NCBI GenBank assembly: GCA_043228905.1
Contig: JBHGNT010000001.1
Location: 26,722,001 to 26,786,000, forward strand
Length of the DNA: 64,000 bases
Source of the DNA: Azolla caroliniana
Lineage: Eukaryota; Plantae; Polypodiophyta
Direction of reading: 5' to 3'
Shown: piece by piece, positions 1 to 11,770 of the stretch
How the letters are laid out: each line of letters begins with the position of its first letter
Numbering within the stretch: position 1 is the stretch's first letter
Program-made: the position numbers and the translations under genes
The notes under the pieces: model-generated
The model's input: only the letters and a program-made list of their open reading frames with translations
Databases searched by the model: none
Told to the model about the DNA's origin: nothing

Positions 1-80
1 AGAAAACAAAAATTGCAAAAGTATAATTCAAACTGATCCCATCAATTAGTGATCAACAATTTACTATAATTAATACTTAC

Positions 81-3000
81 ACCAGCTTCTTCATCTTCAC
101 AGTTTAATAGAACTGCCTTTTGGTAACATCGTACAGCTCTCTTTGCACCATTAGGTAGATTTTTATAATAGTCTCCCAGAACACGGAATATCTCAGGTTG
201 GCTAGAGTCTAACCTTGCTGACTCCAGCAGGTGATTCAATGACTTGTCACCATAACCTCCTGAAATATTAGAAGAAAGGTAAGAGAGGCCCTGCATGAAA
301 CAAAGGTAGGAGATTGATTAATATTCATAAAAAATATGATGAAAGAAAATATCAGCCACAAATTTGGGACAGAAAATGTCTAAATGTGCCAAAAAACTGA
401 TAGTTATTTCTCGTGAAATGCAAATGGCATCTGAGCAAGTCCAACTGTACTATTCTGGTGGCTTGCCTTCCAACTCATAATTTTTTGGAGGCCCCACAGT
501 GTGTCTCCAAATGCTTTAGGTCAATATCATATTTCATTTAAAACTCGGTTTTTAGTTTTCTACAGTTAAAAATCTCACCACTGTCAATCGGGGCACAGTA
601 GGTTTGCCTCCTGGCCTTACATTACCCAAATATTAGCCACAGCCGCTCATTGCATGCCCCTACATAGATTATCTTCCCTCCTATCTTTAGCAAGCTCTAG
701 GAAATGAATGGATAGCCTAGTAAATATCTGAATAGCTTGCCACAAGTCATTGGTGGTCTTGTTGGGAGAGGAGTGATCTGGAAATAGAACAAAGTCTTTT
801 GCTAAGACTGGGGGATGGATGATGTGAAAAAAATGCAGGCAACATAATATTATTAGCCATAAAAGGTACTCAAAGACCTCTTTAATGTACTCAATTGATA
901 AGAGCATGATGGTCTTATTATTAATTATCAAATACCCAGTCAATGACCTATATATCCTCAAGAACATTCTATATGAACTCGCAGACATGTTAAAGATAAT
1001 AGCACATGATATGGTATAAAGAGGATTAACCAACCATCACTGCTCGATGAACAGCAAAGGACAAATTATCTTAAAGGATGCTTACAGAGAAATAATCCAT
1101 ACTCTTTTCAAGGATAAAACTTACCAATCGATAATGATAGCATGCACTTTCTGGATCAAGATTTAGTGCCCGTTCAAGCAAGTTGATAGCTTGTTCAAAA
1201 TCTCTCTTTTGATATGCTATCCAACCTTGTTCTGCTAAGGCCCATGAATTTTTGTTATCAATGTTGAGCAATGAGACTAGGGTTGCTGAAGCTTCCTCCA
1301 TATATCTTCTGGAAAGAAGTGCCTTTACTTGGCCCTGAAATTTTGCACGAGCAGATAAGCTAAGTTGCCTCCTTGGGTTAATATTTTCCACTCCGCAGTA
1401 ATAGCATATATTTATGCATCAGCTATTCTAAAATGATTGCCTATCACAAAATGGTATGTTAAAATAAAATGCTTCAGAAAATAATGCAAATAGTGATATG
1501 AATAATTGCTCGTCAGCAGATAATAGCAAAAATACCTCCATAGCTGATACTAATATCCTAGAGGCTTCCATATCTTTGCTTCCTTGCAGAGCCTGTAGAT
1601 CTTACATTAAAAAGATATGAAATGCTAAGCCTGCAAAAAGATAACAAACATGAACATTTGATACTCAAAAGGTTCACCTCTTCAATGTTCTGAAAAATGT
1701 TTGAGGCGTCTTCATAATTTCCTGATTTGAGAAGTGAATCTCCCAAAATCAACCTCAAACGGAGCTCAGCACGCACCAAAGTGAGCCCATATGATGATCT
1801 GAATGTATTAATAACTTGAAGTCCTCTTTTTATGCATTCACTTGCACTTGAATGGTCACCCTCTAACAATCGCAGTTCAGCCAAGACTTGCCAACTGTAT
1901 AATAAATGGGAAGTAGCTTTACTGCTGTAATGCAAGAAAAACTAAAAGCCTGATTAAATATTTGAAGATTTTGGCATACCCTATTATGCTATTCTCATTT
2001 GATCGTAAAGAGCATTCACATAGTGATCTTTGGCTCGCCAAACTGTGCATGCCATAAGCTATAGTTATCAACTTCAAAAAACCCAAAAACAAGTTGTGCA
2101 TATTGAATCAAAGTTACCTCCCAGGACAAGAGGAAGATTGACGCATAATAGAAACAAGGATGGAGATAGCAAGGTCCTGATCTGGGTATGCATGCATCAG
2201 CCTTTGGCCAAGACTCCGAAACCTATCTGTTCGTCCATGACCAAGCTCTATCATGCCCATGTCATTAAACAAATCGTCTACCCCATCCTCTTCACATAAA
2301 GCAAGAAGTAATACTAATGCGCCACTTGTTTGATGCCACTGTAATGAAGATAGACAGAGCTTGAGTACCTGTTTGCAGAGATCATACCATCCTTTGCCTG
2401 AAAATATGCAGAAATTAACCTTGGTTTCAGATAAAATAAAATCCCATTAAATGCTAAACCTAAATCTGTTGATCATTTCTTGTTTACGGACCTGTCCCAC
2501 TACAACATTGCTGAAGTGACATTGGAAACAGGATGTGATACCTAAGGTTGTATTTGGAATGGTGCAATGAAAATGAGCTAGGAAAAACTAAATGCTACAA
2601 CTAGTACATAAGGAGCATTTTTAGTGGACAGAACCTTTGCTTGAGCTGTATGTTCGCATTCGCCAAACCAACAGCTGAAGAAGCAGAGCTTCATATTTCT
2701 CACTACATGGCTTCCGTTCCAGAATCTCTGATAGCATTTCCTCCATTTTAATATTGTCTTCTTTGCCTAACCATTCATTTTCAGCAATGCGTCTTGCTAA
2801 GCTCTTGTCAAGGCTATTATCTTCTATGAGAAGTATGTTGCAGAGTTCCTGAATGGAATCTTCCATTATTGCAGCTTTTGCATCTACTATTCCACATAAG
2901 GCCTCCAAATACAAGGTTTCTGACAAGGATGGATCTTCAAGGAAAGATTCCCAAGATTTGAGGGCTTTCTTGTACTCACCAAGTGCTGCGTAGGCAACTG

Positions 3001-4815
3001 CCAATCTTCTTTTGTAGTCATTTAAATGTGTTTGGTTACCTTTAGCCTGATATAAATGAATGACTGAGTCACAAGCTTCAACAACATTCTTATAGTTTCC
3101 GATTGCTTCATTTAGTTCTATAAGACCCTGCAAAGAAATAAACCACATGATAAGATTCTCCAAATTAAAACCGTCTAGTTTATCCATGCATTATAAAGAG
3201 ACAAGTGACATTCGTCAAGAACATTGGGTCATTGCTACATTGGAACTGGCTTCTGCAACATCCAGAGGGATTTGGACCACTGATCTAGCTAAAATTCCAC
3301 CACCGGAGTCCTATATGATGGATATTTGTTTATATATGACTTCAGTGGTGGAATTTTAGCTAGATCAATGGTGCAAATGGTATTCTACTTCCTTCTGGAT
3401 GTTTCTCTGGTTGGGTAGCGTGATCTGTTCACAGCACAACACATTGAGTCACATCTGTGTACTCATTTTAAATTCATTCGCACTCGGATGGTGGAGTTAG
3501 TGAACTGAGTTTCCATGAAGGTGAAAGTCCTCCCTCAGAAACAGTGTGCCCATGTGATGGCAGAATGGCATCCAAACGCATGAAGCTTGGCATGAAAGGG
3601 ATTACGAACCCCACAAAAGAGGGGAATTTGAATCCCAAGCAAGGGCGCACGTGACGATATCTGCCCCTTCTTTGTTTTCGTTGGGAGACAGGGTGGCCAG
3701 TTCCAATGTAGCAACAACCGGATGACTATTAATATAGGGACAAAGTTTATTCAAGTTTCTTCAGTAAACTAATGAACTTGAATAACATGTGTAATCAATG
3801 TAATTTAAATCTCCTATATACTTTCATTCATGACCACACCTTTCTAAGTGATCTTCTACATTCTATATGATATGATAGTGCTAGATCCCGATTTCAAGAA
3901 TGCCAACATAGACTGTCATATATATATATATATACAATCTTATAATTTGGACAGAAAATAAGCAAGAAATGAACTACTAAGGTCACCAATTTACAAGAAA
4001 TCTAAAACCTTCACTAAATGTTGGCCTTCTTGGAAATAGTGTTTTGCAATATGCATTTAACAAAATATTGAAATATTTAAAGTGCAACTTCAGATATTGT
4101 TATACATTAAGTCTCCTTCTACTGGTTCAAAATAGTTTGAATTTACTTCCAGTAAACAAATGTTATTGTCTGCAATCTATTAAACAAATGATGAAGAATA
4201 CAATGATGCTTCTAGTTATTAACTTTTCTTATACGAGCTGAGCATAATGAAATTTCAAACTAGACACTATGGAAATTCTCATCAAAACAAAATGGACATG
4301 CTAGCTAAAGTTGAGCTTACAGCTATTAATATACAAACCAGTTTTTTTACAAAAGACACAATGAATCCGCTATCAAAATATGAAATTTTCTTGCTGCACA
4401 TCGAAATTTCGGATAAATTTGATGTTGTAGAATACATGTACTGAAATACAATGAACTTCTGGTACAAAAATACATTGATTTTACTTGTTATATTAGTACT
4501 ACCAAGTCTGAGAAGATAAGAGGAAGTAAAAAATCGTTTCCATGCATATTTTGTTTAGATTTTCTTTTCGGTTACCCGCCAAGCTCTGACATCGTCAGGG
4601 TTGAGCTCTGCAGCGCGTTTGTAAGGAATTTCAGCTTGGTCAAGCTGTTTACTGAAGAAGAGAGCTTTCCCGAGTACTATCAGGGCGTCGTAGCTACGGC
4701 GATCTTGTTTCAGCGCATGCTTGCTGCAGAGAATGGCCTCTGCGTAGTTTCCTTTGGAAAGAGCTTCCATTGCTGTTCGTATAAGAGAACTCTTCTTCGT
4801 AGTAGTTTCCTCCAT
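81..4815 (-). CDS. SKI3: SKI3/TTC37 superkiller-complex TPR protein, 5' part; gene continues beyond the left edge. Exons: 4815-4576, 3127-2635, 2397-2118, 2042-1980, 1894-1678, 1592-1536, 1334-1125, 290-81 (590 aa)
   Basis: All introns are GT..AG and phases are consistent across the 8 exons with no stops. The N-terminus (SSLIRTAMEALSKGNYAEAILCSKHALKQDRRSYDALIVLGKA...YKRAAELNPDDVRAWRGL) resembles animal TTC37. Exon 8 (ESARLD...FRVLGDYY...RAVRCYQKAVLLN) resembles the plant SKI3 TPR region. Both similarities are from memory. Confidence 0.88.
3227..3719. mobile_element. Putative MITE / inverted-repeat element in SKI3 intron 1
   Basis: GGTCATTGCTACATTGGAACTGGC (3227-3250) is inverted relative to GCCAGTTCCAATGTAGCAACAACC (3696-3719), with a 19-bp perfect core. 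No clean TSD seen. Confidence 0.45.
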
Positions 4816-5012
4816 GGAAACTCCGAGGGGGGAGGGGGGAGGGGGGAGCAAGTAAGAACGAGAGAAAGAAGAAGACGACGAAGAAGACGATGGTGGAGAC
4901 AGTGACGATAAAAGGCAGCAAAAGAGAAGGAAAGCGCGAAAATGAAAGGAGAAGAAGATGAAGATGAAATAATGATGAGATCGCCATGGTTTCTTCTTCA
5001 CATCATCTCTCT

Positions 5013-5371
5013 TAGCAATCGGCAACGGTTCGGTTCGGTTTGAGAGGGTCCAAGCCGAACCGTTAAAAAATCTGAACCGAACCGAACCGAACTGTTAAAC
5101 ATTTTTCAAACCGTAAAAACCACAGTTTCGTGGTTCGGTTTCGGTTTTTAACATAGGTCAAATTTTTGAATTTTTTTAAATTTATAATATTTCATTATTT
5201 AGAATTTAAAATTTTTTAAGATGTTCCTAAAATGTGAGAATAAGGTGTAAAAATGAAAAGATTGTTTAAAAACAATTTTTTAATTTTTTAGAAATTATTT
5301 TTTAATTTTTATTAAAAACCGTTAAACCGTTTAAAAGCGGTTTCGCAGTTCGGTTCGGTTACCGAATGTTA
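5013..5371. mobile_element. hAT-type MITE rich in AACCG/CGGTT motifs, 198 bp upstream of the SKI3 ATG
   Basis: Imperfect TIRs TAGCAATCGGCAAC / GTTACCGAATGTTA; perfect 8-bp TSD ATCTCTCT (5005-5012, 5372-5379); AT-rich core; subterminal AACCG repeats. Confidence 0.85.
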
Positions 5372-5436
5372 ATCTCTCTCTCTCTCTTTGGTGAAAACAC
5401 ACAATTATATTAAAAAATGTGTGTAAAAAACACTAC

Positions 5437-8400
5437 TTACAATGGGTGCGACCATGAAGTATGGTCACCCACTAACAACACTACACTACATGGGTAATGG
5501 AACATGTTGAATTGCCAGTTCCACCAAGGAAAGGATTTCCACTTACTCCAATAAGAAAATTGCCACATTAGTACTCCCTTCAACTTTCGTAGATATGTTT
5601 TCACTCCATGTCTACCATCGAATACAAAAGCGTTGCACATATTCCAATTATGACGCAATCCCCAATATCTCAAAAATAGAAAAACAATCTCCATCTTTGA
5701 CTTTTGGTCCACATGTGTAAATTGTGCAAACACCCACTGTCTAGGTGTCAAATAACACCGTGATAAAACTTGCCAAATTTGAGAAATGTAACTCCAAATC
5801 TGAGAAGCAATCGGGCATTGTATAAATCAATGAGTATTATCTTCCATTTGAACAGTGCAAAAAAAGCAATTACCTGTTGTTAGTCCACGACGCTTTAGAG
5901 CTAATCCCAAAGGCAATCCTCCAATCAAAACTCTCCAAATGAATACCTTTGCTACAAGTGGCAATTTAGAATGCCAACTACGTTGTAAGATTTGCCACCA
6001 CCCATTATTAGATTTGTGTAATCTCCATTCTTCTTCAACCTTAGATGATAACCATCCAAGAGACTCAATAGAGCAATGATACAAAATATTAGTGGTCACT
6101 TGTAATGACGATGTTTGACCCTTTAAACACCAATCAATCCACGGTTGTTCTCCTATTTGTAGAGGTAAGGAACCTTGCATCAATGGAATATTTCGTAGTT
6201 GTTGCCAAATAAACCCATAATTAGGCGGAATGCATAATAATTGTCGTGCCTCAACAAACTCCAAAATTCTTTGAGATGGAGCCTCAACTATATCTCCCAC
6301 CTCTTTGACCCCCAAACGAAACAAACGATTACATAATAACCGAGAAGACACAAGTAACTCTTTTTGCAAAGAATTACAATGCTCTCTACTAGATGATGGT
6401 TTCCATACACATAACAAGAGTGCTTCTTGCCATGAGGTAACCAAGTGTTGAACACATGTAGAGCCCGGAATCCTAAGTGAAATACATCCATTTTATAATT
6501 GCCACCATTAAGCCTTAATTGTTGTCCTCCCATGTGCTAAACCCTTGTTCTCAATGAAATATTGAACAATAGATATCCGTGGTTATGAGTTTGAACACAT
6601 GTCTTGTAATAATGAAAATCTGTGAGCCATCATATGCTTAGATAAGTTCAATACTCAAGCTCCCCCCAAGCGCTTAGGAGTTGCTAGATGATTCCATGGC
6701 CCAAGTGATTCCCATCTTATCCCTTTTCTTCCACGACAAAAATCGAAGAGGTTGCAAAATAGAATGCAAAGCCTTCTTTGTCCACAATAGCAATGGCAAG
6801 TAATATAATATCATATGTTCCATAATACATTGTACAACCTTCAAACGTACATGAAATGGCCAGGATTGTGATTTCCAATACATGAACTTATCCCTCAACT
6901 TACTAGACATCCATTCAACCAATTGACCATTTGTAATATTCATTCTTAATGGATAGCCCAAGTGTCGAAAAATAGAGCCTTTCTTCACCACGGATCCTTG
7001 CCATCCTAAACATTCCAAATCCCTTTCAGTACATGATATGAGACTAGACTTCCTCCAATTAATATGTAATCCGGAAGCCAATGCAAATTGGTTCCATGCA
7101 AGCATCCCCTTCTCAAGATTCTCTCGTGAGGCTTGTAGAAACATGAAAGAATCATCAACAAAAGTTTGTGCAACTACTTGCCCTCCAAACGGAAGGTGTA
7201 GACCCACAATATCCCCATTTGTTGCAAGCCTTGATAGCATCACTAACAAGGGACGAGTAACAATAGCAAATAACAACGGGCTTATAGGGCATCCTTGACG
7301 AACGGATCTTGTAAGGGCAATATCTGATGTAACTCCTCCATTAAGCATGACTGATAAAAATATGAGGCGAGACATACGATGTCCAAAGCCCATTGTATGC
7401 ATTAACCCAGAAACAAAGGACCAATTAACATGATCATAAGCTTTCTCCAAATCTAATTGCACCATAATCAATTCTTGATGAGTGTTTCGAGCATAATCCA
7501 TGACCATTTGAACATTCAACACATTTGCAATATATTCCTACCTGCAATAAAACCATATCAGGCGGGATGTATCAACTTTGGCAAATACTTTTGTAATCTA
7601 TTTGCCAAGTCCTTTGTAAATATCTTATACAACCCCCCCATCAAAGAAATAGGTCTCCATTGATGAAATGACTCTGGAGATGCCACCTTTGGAACTAATT
7701 TAATTAGACCAACCTTCCAAGCTTGAGGCATACGACCAGAATCCCAAGAATGTTGAAACATCAAAGTTAAGGGCCCCTTTAAAATCTGTGAATATCGCTT
7801 AAAAACTTCATTTGTCAAGCCATCCCAACCAGGGCTCTTACCACTAGGAAGATACCTTAAAACTATGTCCACCTCATCCTTAATGAAATCCACACCCAAT
7901 TCATGACTAATGAGGTCATGCACAATACACACAAGCACATCATAAAACTCATGACGTGCTCTACTCACCTCATTTGTCATTAACAATTATGGGCCAATCA
8001 ACTCCTTAAAGTAATGAATACACATGTCAATTATTTTAGTAGGATCCACTATCCATTCATTACCTTGCTTCACATGTACCACATTAGATCGAGTATAAGT
8101 AGGATGTAACGCTTGGAAAAACAAATGGGATTGACATTGATTATCTATGAGCCCATCCCTCAATTGTTGCATCTTCGCATAACAATAACTTTGGCATTGC
8201 AACTGAGAAATAATAACATGCAATTGACTTTGAATACCCAAAAGCTCCTCATCTAAAGGTGCACGTATCAATAATGCATTACACCTAGAGAGAACTTGTG
8301 AGAATTTTAGAAGAAGACCTCTTCTTCGTTGAGCATTAGTTACTCCATACATTCGATGAACGATCTTAATATTTTGTAATGTGATATCCCATGCTTTAAC

Positions 8401-9245
8401 TCCTTTAAGATTCACTTCTTGTGAAAAATTTACCAAAATTTGCTCCATGAGAGAATCAAAGTGAGGTTGAAGCAAAAGAGAATAGTTAAAGCGTAATGGA
8501 GGCTTTCCAAGTAAGGATTTATATATGTCAATTGCATGACCACAAATCTCCAAACAAATAGGAAAGTGATATGAAGTTCCTACATCTTGTAAAACTGTCA
8601 TATGAAGTGATGTCGGTAAAAAAGAATCATTGTGCATCACATACATTCTATCTAACCGACTCCATGTTTGTCTATGTTGAGCGGATTGGAAAGTAAAACC
8701 TTGATCATTCCCATGCAACCATGTCCAAACATCCAACTTCAAAACCTCCATAGCCAATGAATTCCAAGCAAGTTGCTCAGGATCATCCATGATTGAATGT
8801 TCAGACGTAGATTGAGATGCATCAACCCACATGTTAAAATCACCCCTAAGTAATCTAGGACGGCCCACACATAGGGTTTGATGGAGTGAGCCCCATAATG
8901 CAATACGTTGAGTGGCTTGGTTAGGGGCATAAATACCAACCACCCACACAACCTCACCAAAAAAGTGATTTCTAGAACCAAAAACCGACCATAAGGATCA
9001 TTTTGCACCACTTGAGGAAAATACTTATCCCGCACGATTAATACCACACCTGAATAATGATTATTAAGATGTCCTGCATAGAATGATGAATATCCACGCA
9101 AATGAACTGTGGATCCTGCTAACTCATGACACTTATGCTCAACTACACATAATATATCCCATTCTTTACTTAATAAAGTTTGCCATGATATATACTTCTT
9201 ATGAGGAGAACATGCCCCTCTCACATTCCATGTTACCACTTTCAT
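5437..9245 (-). pseudogene. LINE ORF2 (APE endonuclease, reverse transcriptase, zf-RVT), broken by frameshifts and stops
   Basis: MKVVTWNVRG, GDFN and SRLDR (endonuclease); WRPISL, DLEKAYDHV, VRQGCPISPLLF and FVDD (RT); CFFC..H zinc finger. Split over ORFs 8739-9245, 7987-8949, 7558-7986, 6674-7522, 5827-6444 and 5437-5751. Confidence 0.92.
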
Positions 9246-9318
9246 TCAATCAACAATGTTATGAATGCACTTGCTCCTTTAGAGCAACCGATGTCATAAA
9301 ACTAGTCAAAGCATGTTC

Positions 9319-9910
9319 TGTTAAATGACTTGAATTAATTTTTGTGGTTTATGAAAAGCCACGTCTCTATATGCATGAAGTATATATAAAGGCCCATACA
9401 TGCATCACTATCATGCAAAAGTTAGTGAAGTGAGGGCTATATATATAAAGGCCCATGCATGCATCATTATCATGCAAAAGTTAGTGAAGTGAGGGCTATA
9501 TATATAAAGGCCCATGCATGCATCATTATCATGCAAAAGTTAGTGAAGTGAGGGCTATATATATAAAGGCAGCCTTTGTCATTTAAGAAAAGGATGACCA
9601 CCAAGAGTTGTAGGCTTGTGAGATTTGAGAGAATTAGAGAGTTAGGAAACACCATTTTAGAGAATTCTTGTGAGAGAATTGTAAGGTTATTCTCTTGGGT
9701 GTTGGGTTTAATTAGAGAATAATTTCTCTAATTGTTGTAAACTCTCTGTTACATTTTCTTATAGTGGAATCACTCCCCTTTCCGTGGACGTAGGCTAATT
9801 TAGTCGAACCACATAAATACTCGTGTCATTTATTTCTCCGCTCCTATATTATCATATTATTATTTTCTATTTAATCTAATGTACTATTTGATTCAAGTGT
9901 CATCCTAACA
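9319..9910 (+). mobile_element. Solo LTR of a Ty1/copia element (Tnt1/Tork-like) inserted in LINE ORF1
   Basis: TGTTA...TAACA ends; 5-bp TSD TGTTC (9314-9318, 9911-9915); contains GTGGACGTAGGC...GAACCAC(A)TAAAT, typical of Tnt1-like LTRs. Confidence 0.85.
9381..9570 (+). repeat. About 3.2 tandem copies of a 59-bp unit in the LTR U3 region
   Basis: TATATATAAAGGCCCATGCATGCATCATTATCATGCAAAAGTTAGTGAAGTGAGGGC repeated nearly identically. Confidence 0.9.
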
Positions 9911-11723
9911 TGTTCCAATGCTACATATGGATTTTCATGAACCACATCCTTAGAGTTGTCTATCAAACTCTTTTGTTTAGGTTCTCCAGCTTGACGAAAA
10001 ACTCGAGAATTCGATGAATTTACAACCCGTCCCAATGAATCAAATTGAAGGTGAAGGGGTAATCCCTTATCCCTAAATTGTCTTTGCCAAGGAACTTTTC
10101 GAGGACCCTCCCTAGTCCTTGAATTACTTTTCCAAGTAGTCTCACGAGTAGTGGGCAAACTATTACGTTGCATATTCATTGATTTGCCCTTCGACTTGCC
10201 CTTAACCTAATGCCAATCCTTTTCAACAACAACATCATTACTAGTTCTATCTAGGGGTTTTTTCCCCTGATCTATAACCACCAAAAATTGTTTTTCCATA
10301 TCCATAGATTGAGTTCCCTTATTCTTAGGGCCCAAACCTTGAAGTGAAACCTCTTTATAACCTGCTCTAGGTGATGTTCCTTCATCCATAACAACCACTA
10401 TATCTGACACACCAACATCTCTCCCAACTCCTTCCTTATCATTCCCTTCATTAGGAACCTCTATAGTTGAAGGACAATGACAATGGCATTCCGCCATAAA
10501 GTGACCCCATTCACCACATCCAAAACAATGACCTGCAAATGTCTCCCACTTCAATTTAAAACAAAGTCTTTTCATTCCAGGTGTGTTCATACGCACCCAT
10601 CTTGGCCTCTTACGACTTGTATCCCATAACACACAAAATCTGCACTTATTTGTAGCATTTGCATGTGGAGATACTAACACTTTACCCATTTGATTCATCA
10701 ACTCTAGTAAAAGTGGCCATAAAAAAGCATACTTACAATCCACTGTTACCCAAACAGGGCATTCTTGTTTCAACAAAGCATGATAGTCCACAACAAGGGA
10801 CCATTGCATTACATGCAACAATCGTTTATCAAACAACACTGGAACTTTAGCCAACAATGCACTTCGATGTTTCGGTGAACGAAAGACTACATCATAAAAC
10901 CCTCGTGGTCCTGCATATATATTTTCAACACAATTTGGTGACACAATTGTGTTCAACCATTGTTTAATCCAATTAATGTATGGGAGTTTCCCAGTAAAAA
11001 ATAATATAACTGCACGATCATAGAATACATCAAAAGATTGCTACGCTACCTTAGCATCAACATCCACATCATGCACATCCTCATCATTGCATTCTTTCGC
11101 CGCATTTTCATTTTCTTCCACAATATTAGACAATAAGGTATTGACAATTTCCCATCAAGTATCCCAATTACAATTATCCTTGTCAACCTCATCTACATGT
11201 ATTACTTCGGCATATGTCGCTTTTTTCTCATTAATTTCCTCAATTCCCTTAAACCTCTTAGAGTTTCCAATGTCTTCCCTTTCACGATTACAATAAACCA
11301 TCACATTACTTTTTTTTTTGATCAATTGTTTCCATATCGATATCCCCCACAATTTGAGAGGAATTCATGTTTATATCCATTATTCTTGATGTGATAGTGA
11401 TCCGGGATAAAAACAATTTTCCATGAACAAGAAAGACAACCGGAACTCACCCTGACTGAAGAGGTCGAAGTTGATGAATACAATCGAAGACCCGCAATGT
11501 GTGTTGAGTATGTGGATGCCAACAACACAAGATTCCTTATTTTAATCGCTGCTTCTCGCATAGACCACCAAATTTAACTTGTTATATCTCGTTACGAAGC
11601 TCTAATCGAGGGCTTTCCAACGCATGTATTTATACTCGATTCCGTTACCGATAGAGAGCGCAACAATAAAAACAATTTCACTTTTTCTTCCCCTCTCCAC
11701 TCTTGCTTTTTTTTTTTTCGCTC

Positions 11724-11725
<2 letters not shown>

Positions 11726-11770
<45 letters not shown>
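11726..11770. repeat. (CT)n microsatellite ending in TTTG; right-hand target-site copy of the LINE
   Basis: Direct reading. Confidence 0.9.

Larger units (their letters stand above)
9259..11352 (-). pseudogene. LINE ORF1 (DUF4283-like region plus CCHC zinc knuckle), disrupted and interrupted by a solo LTR
   Basis: CFGCGEWGHFMAEC knuckle; GFYDVVF...PVWV motif typical of plant L1 ORF1. Removing the LTR and one TSD copy joins ...NPYVALEH|ALTSFMTSVALKEQVHS*, which ends 13 bp before the ORF2 ATG. Confidence 0.8.
5391..11725 (-). mobile_element. Full-length, decayed L1-clade LINE flanked on both sides by (CT)nTTTG
   Basis: ORF1 with zinc knuckle followed by ORF2 (endonuclease-RT-zf). Flanks are TCTCTCTCTCTCTCTTTG (5373-5390) and a (CT)n tract plus TTTG (11726-11770). 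The 3' end is co-linear with the second copy at 61938-62583. Confidence 0.9.

Noticed and set aside
647-1033. 128-aa ORF inside SKI3
   Set aside because: It lies in intron 7; exons 7 and 8 join in frame without it and it has no recognisable motif.
9381-9570. Regular 59-bp repeats as a CRISPR array
   Set aside because: The repeats are head-to-tail with no unique spacers, lie inside a eukaryotic LTR, and have no cas genes nearby.
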